Source: Eledone cirrhosa (taxonomy: Eukaryota). Taken from it: DNA of 36,955 nt. The stretch lies in the NCBI GenBank assembly GCA_964016885.1, contig CAXHJY010001616.1, positions 1-36,955 on the forward strand. Reading direction: 5' to 3'. This document shows, one piece after another, positions 27,238 through 36,955 of this stretch. The notes under the pieces are model-generated. The model was given only the letters and a program-made list of their open reading frames with translations. It had not been told where the DNA came from and searched no databases. The position numbers and the translations under genes are program-made. The first letter of the stretch is position 1, and every line of letters begins with the position of its first letter.

Positions 27238-28503
27238 TATAATGTTCTCTGATTTAGGCACAAGTCCAGCAATTACACCAATGCATTACCGGTACATTAT
27301 TGTATCCACCCCGTAAGGATGAAAAGCAAAGTTAACCTCGGCGGGATTTGAACTCATTACGTAAATGGCCATAACTCCATGATGCAAAGCATCGTGTCGG
27401 ACGCTCTACCTGTACTGCCAAAAAAAACGCTTAAAATATAATTGTTTCTACTTTTGGCACAAGGCCAGCAATTATTTCAGTGCATTACTGGTACTTTATT
27501 TTATCGACCTCGTAAGGAAGAAAGGCAAAGTTAACCTTGGCGGGATTTGAACTCAGACCATAAAGGGCTGTAACTCTTTGCTTTAAAGCATGGCATCAGA
27601 CCATCTTTATAATTGTTTCTACGTTTTGGCACAAGGCCATCGATTACTAGTACATTACTGGTACTTTAATTTATCGACCCCATAATGATGAAAGGCACAG
27701 TTAACCTCGACTGGATTTGAACTCAGACCGTAACGGGATGTAACTATGCTAGAAAGCATGGCGTCCAACGTTCTACTGATACTGCAGCAATTTTGATGGA
27801 GGGAAAAGTCGATTAATTCGACCCCAGTGCATCCCGTAAGGATGAATGGCAAAGCTAACCTCGGCAGGATCATAATAATTGAAAGCATTAAGAACGACAG
27901 TACTAACAACAGATGAGGCAATAACAATGAAAATATATGAGCAGCAGCAACATTAGCAACAACAACAAGGCCACAAATTACAGGATTATATCACCCGTAG
28001 TCCTTAAGTTTTACTTTATTGTATGAAACCAAGAAGGCTGAAAGGAACTAGGTGGGATTTAAACTCTGAAGCTTTTAACTGGATTTAAAAAGAAGCATTT
28101 TGTCCGGCGTTCTACCGAACAATAAAGCTTTCTGATTTTGGTACGAGGCCAAGGGGAAAGTCGATTAAATCGACACAATACGTTACTGGTTTATTATTAT
28201 AATCGACGCCATTATGATGAAAGGAAAGCTAACCTCGGCGGGATTTGATCTCAGGATGTAAAGAGCCGTAACACTATACCGCAATGAATGTTTTCCGACC
28301 CAGTAATGTATAATAATAATAATTCCTAATGTTTGCTTAAAATCATCGATTTGTTGGGAGAATATATTAGTCCAAGCATGTAACTGGTACACCATTTTAT
28401 CGACATCGGAAAAATGTTAGGCGAAGTTGACCTCGGTGGGACTTGAACTAAGAAAGTAGAACGAAATCGAATTGTTTTGTCCGTCGCTCTACCGATTCTG
28501 CCC
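27238..28503 (-). mobile_element. Cluster of ~7 head-to-tail SINE copies
   Basis: Repeated TTTTATCGACCCCGTAAGGATGAAAGGCAAAGTTAACCTCGGCGGGATTTGAACTCAG core at ~27300, 27500, 27670, 27830, 28020, 28200, 28395. Confidence 0.85.
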
Positions 28504-28741
28504 ATACTAAACAACAAAACAACAAAAATGTAAGAAGATATTCGAGAGAAAAGCTAAGTGGTGCAAAGAAAATGCAAATAAATTTATATATAAATGGCTA
28601 ACAACGCCATTAGCAACAATGACGATATTGAGTAACAACAGTAACAACAACAACTTATAACATCGCACTGTAATCAGGCATTCGGATAGTCAAATATAAA
28701 ATGAAATACAAATATTGAGAAAAAGTGTTTACTAAAGCCAT

Positions 28742-29047
28742 GAACAATAGCAACAACAATAACACTTAGTAACAACATCAAGTACAGTAACAACAACAAC
28801 AACAATAGCAACAATAATAGTAGTAACAACATCAAGTACAGTATCAACAACAACAATAACAGTAACACCAACAATAGCAACAACAATAACAGTAACAACA
28901 TCAAGTACAGTAACAACAACAACAATAACAGTAACACCAACAATAGCAACAACAATAACAGTAACAACATCAAGTACAGTAACAACAACAACAATAGCAG
29001 CAAAAATAACAGTAACAACATCAAGTACAGTAACAGCAACAACAACG
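28742..29047. repeat. (AAC)n-derived minisatellite with CATCAAGTACAGT anchor x5
   Basis: Anchors at 28776, 28830, 28899, 28968, 29019. Confidence 0.9.
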
Positions 29048-29509
29048 GTGCTAACATTGAACAGAAAAAGTAAAATAAAATAATAAAAATGTGTAATTAC
29101 GCCATTAATAACAGCAAGAAGAATAATGAGGAGAAACAATATCAACAACAAGAACAATAACAAAAAAAAACGAGACTAACCTTAACATGCAAAATAAAAT
29201 GAGTTTAACAGCACCATTAACAATAACAACGACAATATTGAAAATAACATTAAAGTAAATAGCGACAGAGTATAGAGGAAGAGAGAGGGAGGGGGGGGGG
29301 ATTTATTTTCTTTGCGTTTGTTTGTGAGAGGGGAGAAGGTAGAGAGATAGATATCGATTTACTGTGTGTGTGTGTGATAGAGAGAGAGGTTGTACTTCTG
29401 AGTGTGTGACAGAAAGGGAGAAAAAGAAAGTGTGTTTCTGTCTGTGTGTGATAGACAGAAAGATGAATAGAAAATAGATAGATGGATAGATAGATAGATA
29501 GATAGATAG

Positions 29510-30620
<1,111 letters not shown>

Positions 30621-31029
30621 GGCTTCTTTATAGATAGATAAATAGATGTACAGTGTAAAGACAGAGGGAATAAGGAACAATGAGAGGGAGAATCAGAGAG
30701 AAATTACAGTGAGAAATAAACGCGCAAACGAGTTTTTTAACCGTCCTACTGGATGCTAACATGAAATAGAAGGTGCCTGGTTGGCGCCAACCTTATGTTC
30801 GAAATTAATAGAAATAGTGTTAGTAAGTCCGAAGGATGTGTCAAGCAATGTCTAATGTCTTCAAGGCAGGAACTCATCCCAACATAACTGATGATTAAAA
30901 ACAATATGTCTCTCTTGTATTGTTTTATTTCTAATTCTACATAATTTTAGTTTCACTTAACAATTTTTTCTCTTCGCTTCTTTCCTTTCTTTTCCCACAC
31001 TTCTTACAGTGTTAACACACTTGCAGTTA

Positions 31030-32435
<1,406 letters not shown>

Positions 32436-32738
32436 CGTAATTTCATATATAACGTGATTCTCTACACATCGTAACATTTCTGGGCGTATTTTGCCCAATT
32501 TCCTTTACTACTCTTTGTTGTCATTGATTATTATTCCGGTAAATTGTTTCGGATGGTCAAATATATACAGAGATGTCTGTGGTGCTTAGACTAGGAAGAC
32601 CACTAACTTCTGTTCTTACGAATGAATCAGTTCTAGTCCTGTAGAAGCCCTTCAATATTAAAACTGTTATCCTCTGCTATGTATTGAGTACCTTACTAAC
32701 TGTGGTTGCCACCGATTCAACTCGGAATATCTTACCTA

Positions 32739-33129
<391 letters not shown>

Positions 33130-33130
33130 T

Positions 33131-33232
<102 letters not shown>

Positions 33233-33555
33233 GAAAGAGAAAGAGTTTGTAAAAAAAGGAAAATAATGACTTCACTTGTAGTTCTAAACAATTTAATTTA
33301 ATTCTATAATATTATAATAATATTTAAATATTATGATATACCTTTACAATTTGGTTTTGTAAATCTTTAACTTCGGTGGGGAGATTTTTATATATTCCTG
33401 GTTACCTTTTCTGATCTCAGTTTCTGTTGTGATATGTGACTCTACCTATAAGAGATTTCGGTGTGTTAGGGGTGGTTGTTAATAAGTGTTGGGGGTGAAG
33501 GAGTGTTGATGAATATTTAAAGGAATTACAGCATATATATATATCATATATATAT

Positions 33556-33721
33556 CGGACGCTCTATCTCAAAATTATTTTTGAAAATCATTAGAAATGC
33601 GCAACCGGTAAAACTTAAAACCAGAACTTAATACTAACCAATACTATTACTAATTATCACTTATTCCTGATTAAACTATTTTTCACTGTGAACAATTTGT
33701 CAGCATTTTCTATTACGTTTA

Positions 33722-33728
<7 letters not shown>
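33556..33728. repeat. Dispersed repeat matching 11101-11273
   Basis: Direct alignment. Confidence 0.85.
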
Positions 33729-33774
<46 letters not shown>

Positions 33775-33802
33775 ATGTGTGTGTGTGTGCGTGTGTGTGT
33801 TC

Positions 33803-34552
33803 AATTTGTCAAGCTATTTAAACGTATGTTATTAATCTAAGGGACTTATTGAGTGCTCTGCTAACTCATTCCTATTGTAGGTCGACTTTGCTTGCCCACA
33901 GCCAAAGCTTCGATTTTACTAAGCTTCCACTTGTAGTATTTTCTCCTAGATTTAATAATTAACTAATTAATTTAATTAGAGAATTCTGTTGATTGGTTAC
34001 TTATTTGTGTTTGTTTAATAACATCTGATTGAGAGCTTTTATTCGGAAGGTTTGAGCGGAAATTATAATATTTCCCTTGTTAACACTTTGAATTTACCCC
34101 CAAAACCGGGCGTTGTATCCCATGGTGGAAATAACACGTGACAACGAAGTGTTCGCTGGCTGCACTCTTAACGGCCGCATTATGTTTGTTCACACTGCTT
34201 TGAGGGAGAACGGAATCCCTGTTGATGAAATGAATCCTCTGTTCGATCATGGAATACCACGAGCGTGCGTGTTACGTAAGTTGGATAAATGATTTCGGTT
34301 TCATAGTAACACTTTAGACGTATATCGTTTGATTTGTCCAGGTGTATCTTTTAAACTGTTAGTTCTTTCGTTACTTTGGTATTGTGTGGTTGGGTTTTGC
34401 CTTCCGCAATGTTAAATTTGTCAAGCTATTTAAACGTATGTTATTATTCTAAGGACCTACATACCCTTATTGAGTGCTTTGCTAACTCATTCGTATTGTA
34501 GGTCGACTTTGCTTGCCCACAGCCAAAGCTTCGATTTTACTAAGCTTCTACT

Positions 34553-34556
<4 letters not shown>
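33803..34556. mobile_element. Non-coding element with ~135-bp direct terminal repeats (33803-33935, 34415-34556)
   Basis: AATTTGTCAAGCTATTTAAACGTATG...AAGCTTC-ACTTGTA repeated ~612 bp apart; microsatellites on both sides. Confidence 0.7.
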
Positions 34557-34579
<23 letters not shown>

Positions 34580-34587
<8 letters not shown>

Positions 34588-34905
34588 ATACTTTGGGAGG
34601 GTCATGTTGCCAATAAGAAACACACGCACCAGTTGCTTTCACTTCAATTTATTATATATTTATAAATTTATAAGTTTACAAATCTACAAACTTATAAATT
34701 TCTGGTTGGTTGGTTGGTTCCACAACCAGATAGTTGTTTATATATAGTCATAGTCCTTTCGTCACAAAGGACAAACCAACCAGAAATTTATAAGTTTGTA
34801 GATTTGTAAATTTATAAATTTATAAATATATAATAAATTGAAGTGAAAGCAACTGGTGCGTGTGTTTCTTATTGGCAACATGACCCTCCCAAAGTATAAC
34901 AATAT
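34580..34905. mobile_element. Fold-back element with ~130-bp arms
   Basis: 34580-34711 is the reverse complement of 34774-34905. Confidence 0.9.
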
Positions 34906-35079
34906 CGGTTTCAACACACGATTTCAGATAAAGAATCTTGCTAAACAAATTCAGAAACGAAATATATATATATATATATGTAAGCTATCGTCGTATTTTG
35001 ACTAAAGAAATTAAAGAAATTACTTAGCCTAATAGTGGCGTTAAGAACCCCCGAAGAAATGATAAAAAAGATGAGTATT

Positions 35080-35150
35080 GACGTACATGGTAGTCGAACC
35101 CACATCTTTTCTTATCCAGACCACTGTGCTACCATTTACACCAACACATC
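35080..35150 (-). pseudogene. tRNA-like sequence (degenerate anticodon arm) inside inverted repeats
   Basis: Acceptor GATGTGT/GTACGTC, D arm GTGT/GCAC with A box TGGTGTAAATGG, T loop GGTTCGACT; 71 nt. Confidence 0.55.
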
Positions 35151-35254
35151 ACCCGTCTTTAATTGTGTTTGTCAAAATACGGCGATAGCTTACATTTAAA
35201 ATAATTTCAAACTGGCTCGCTGATTCGAAAATATCATTACTTATACACACACAC

Positions 35255-35388
<134 letters not shown>

Positions 35389-35552
35389 CATATCAAATTT
35401 AATATAGGAATGGCTTCTACAGGGCTCGAACTCTTTATTTCTGAACGAATCACTCCTCGTCATGTAGAAGCCGTATCTATGGATGTTTAGACTCAACTAA
35501 TGCATTGCCTAACAGACCTACTAACTGTGATCAACGTGGATAAAACTCTGCA

Positions 35553-35679
<127 letters not shown>

Positions 35680-35691
35680 TCACACACACAT

Positions 35692-35738
<47 letters not shown>

Positions 35739-35741
35739 GTA

Positions 35742-35930
35742 ATAATTGTTTCTACTTTAGGCACAAGGCCAGCAATTACCCAGTGCATTACTGGTACTTT
35801 ATTTTATCGACCCCGTAACGATGAAAGGCAAAGTCAACCTCGGCGGGATTTGAAATCAGATCGTAAAGAGACGGAACTATGCTGGAAAGAATGGCGTCCG
35901 ACTCTCTACCGATACTGCCAATCCACCGCC
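35742..35930 (-). mobile_element. tRNA-derived SINE, well-preserved copy
   Basis: Same family as the 16125 and 27238 copies. Confidence 0.85.
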
Positions 35931-36026
35931 CTTATATATTGTAATGCTAATAAATTTGAAGACTAAACTCCAAAGAGGGCTCGATAAGGATAAATATATA
36001 TCAGATATATGAGAACCGTAGAGCAA

Positions 36027-36184
36027 ATATTTATTAAAATAAAAGATTCAAGTTTAAGCAAAGAATAGCTGCTTTCACCCTTAACCGGATCTTCTAAAAC
36101 TAAAAGTTTAGTTTCAGAAGATCCCGTTAAGGGTGAAAGCAGCGATTCTTTGCTTAAACTTTAATCTGTTATTTTAATAAATAT
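36027..36184. mobile_element. ~160-bp fold-back palindrome; one arm also present at ~12436-12485
   Basis: Arms reverse-complementary; TGAAAGCAGCGATTCTTTGCTTAAAC shared with 12436. Confidence 0.85.
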
Positions 36185-36211
36185 ATATATATATAAATTA
36201 ATAAAAATAAT

Positions 36212-36284
36212 GAATAAAAACAAAGAAACAGTTCCTTATATTAAAAATATTTTTAATATAAGGAACTGTTTCTTTGTATTTATT
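36212..36284. repeat. ~70-bp near-perfect palindrome
   Basis: CAAAGAAACAGTTCCTTATATTAAAAAT/ATTTTTAATATAAGGAACTGTTTCTTTG. Confidence 0.9.
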
Positions 36285-36457
36285 CTTTAAAACTCTGTTT
36301 TCCTGAGTTTTTCATTGAACAAAAATGTTGAATACATCTTCTCTGTTCATGATATTTGGATTACATTGAGTTCTTCATACGGATTTGACACTACCGTATA
36401 TTTTGGTAGATTTATCTACATACTATACATATATAAATATATATAAATATATATATG

Positions 36458-36491
<34 letters not shown>

Positions 36492-36505
36492 CTTATATAT
36501 ATATG

Positions 36506-36544
<39 letters not shown>

Positions 36545-36955
36545 TTATATATATACAGGTGCAGGTAAATTATGTTGTTAACCTGTTTAGCTTGCTTCGT
36601 TTTGGGGGGCTCCGGTGTCTGATGGCTTCACGACCACTTTTTTCATGTTTCTGCCCTTTATAACGTATGTTAATTGTTCTGGTCTTCTTTTACTCCATTG
36701 ACCACTTGCCTCGTATTTTGAAGATTGCGTTTCGTTTTGTTTTTGATCCCCGCCGAAATACGATCTCGCTGAAATTATATTTGCATGCCTTTGTTAATAT
36801 TATATATCTTTCAAGAATTAGCTCTTAATGAACTCCCTTTTCTTTAAATCCATCAAGCAATGACCTTAACCCATTCCAATCCCCACCCTCTTCTACCACC
36901 AGAAAAGAAAATTTATAAATACCACCACCTACTTGGACAGCCAGCTTCCTGATGA

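Noticed and set aside
27238-28503. CRISPR-like repeated core with spacers
   Set aside because: Diverged SINE copies in eukaryotic DNA; irregular spacing, no cas genes
35080-35150. Functional tRNA gene
   Set aside because: Anticodon arm does not pair and the T stem has a mismatch; kept only as tRNA-like

Overview
Extremely AT- and microsatellite-rich eukaryotic non-coding DNA. The repeat style suggests an octopus/cephalopod genome; this is inferred from memory of its SINEs and (TA)n load, not verified. No intact host gene is supported, and nearly all listed ORFs are microsatellite artefacts. Recognisable relics are a CR1/L2-like LINE 3' end, two tandem Tx1/L1-like 3' ends, two R4/Dong-like RLE retroelement fragments bounded by (TAA)n, a mariner transposase pseudogene and about 10 tRNA-derived SINE copies. 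The main unexplained signal is a dense set of minimal type I hammerhead ribozymes (CTGANGA...GAAA-palindrome-TH): seven well-formed copies in three sequence families plus two imperfect ones at 3.5-11 kb. They sit in short non-coding elements inserted in (TA)n arrays, arranged either as fold-back palindromes (ribozyme on both strands) or as ~410-nt tandem repeats plus an inverted copy. This resembles Penelope pseudo-LTR / non-LTR retrozyme biology. Several other fold-back elements turn at or end in half-hammerheads. All structures were paired by eye and coordinates may be off by a few nt.
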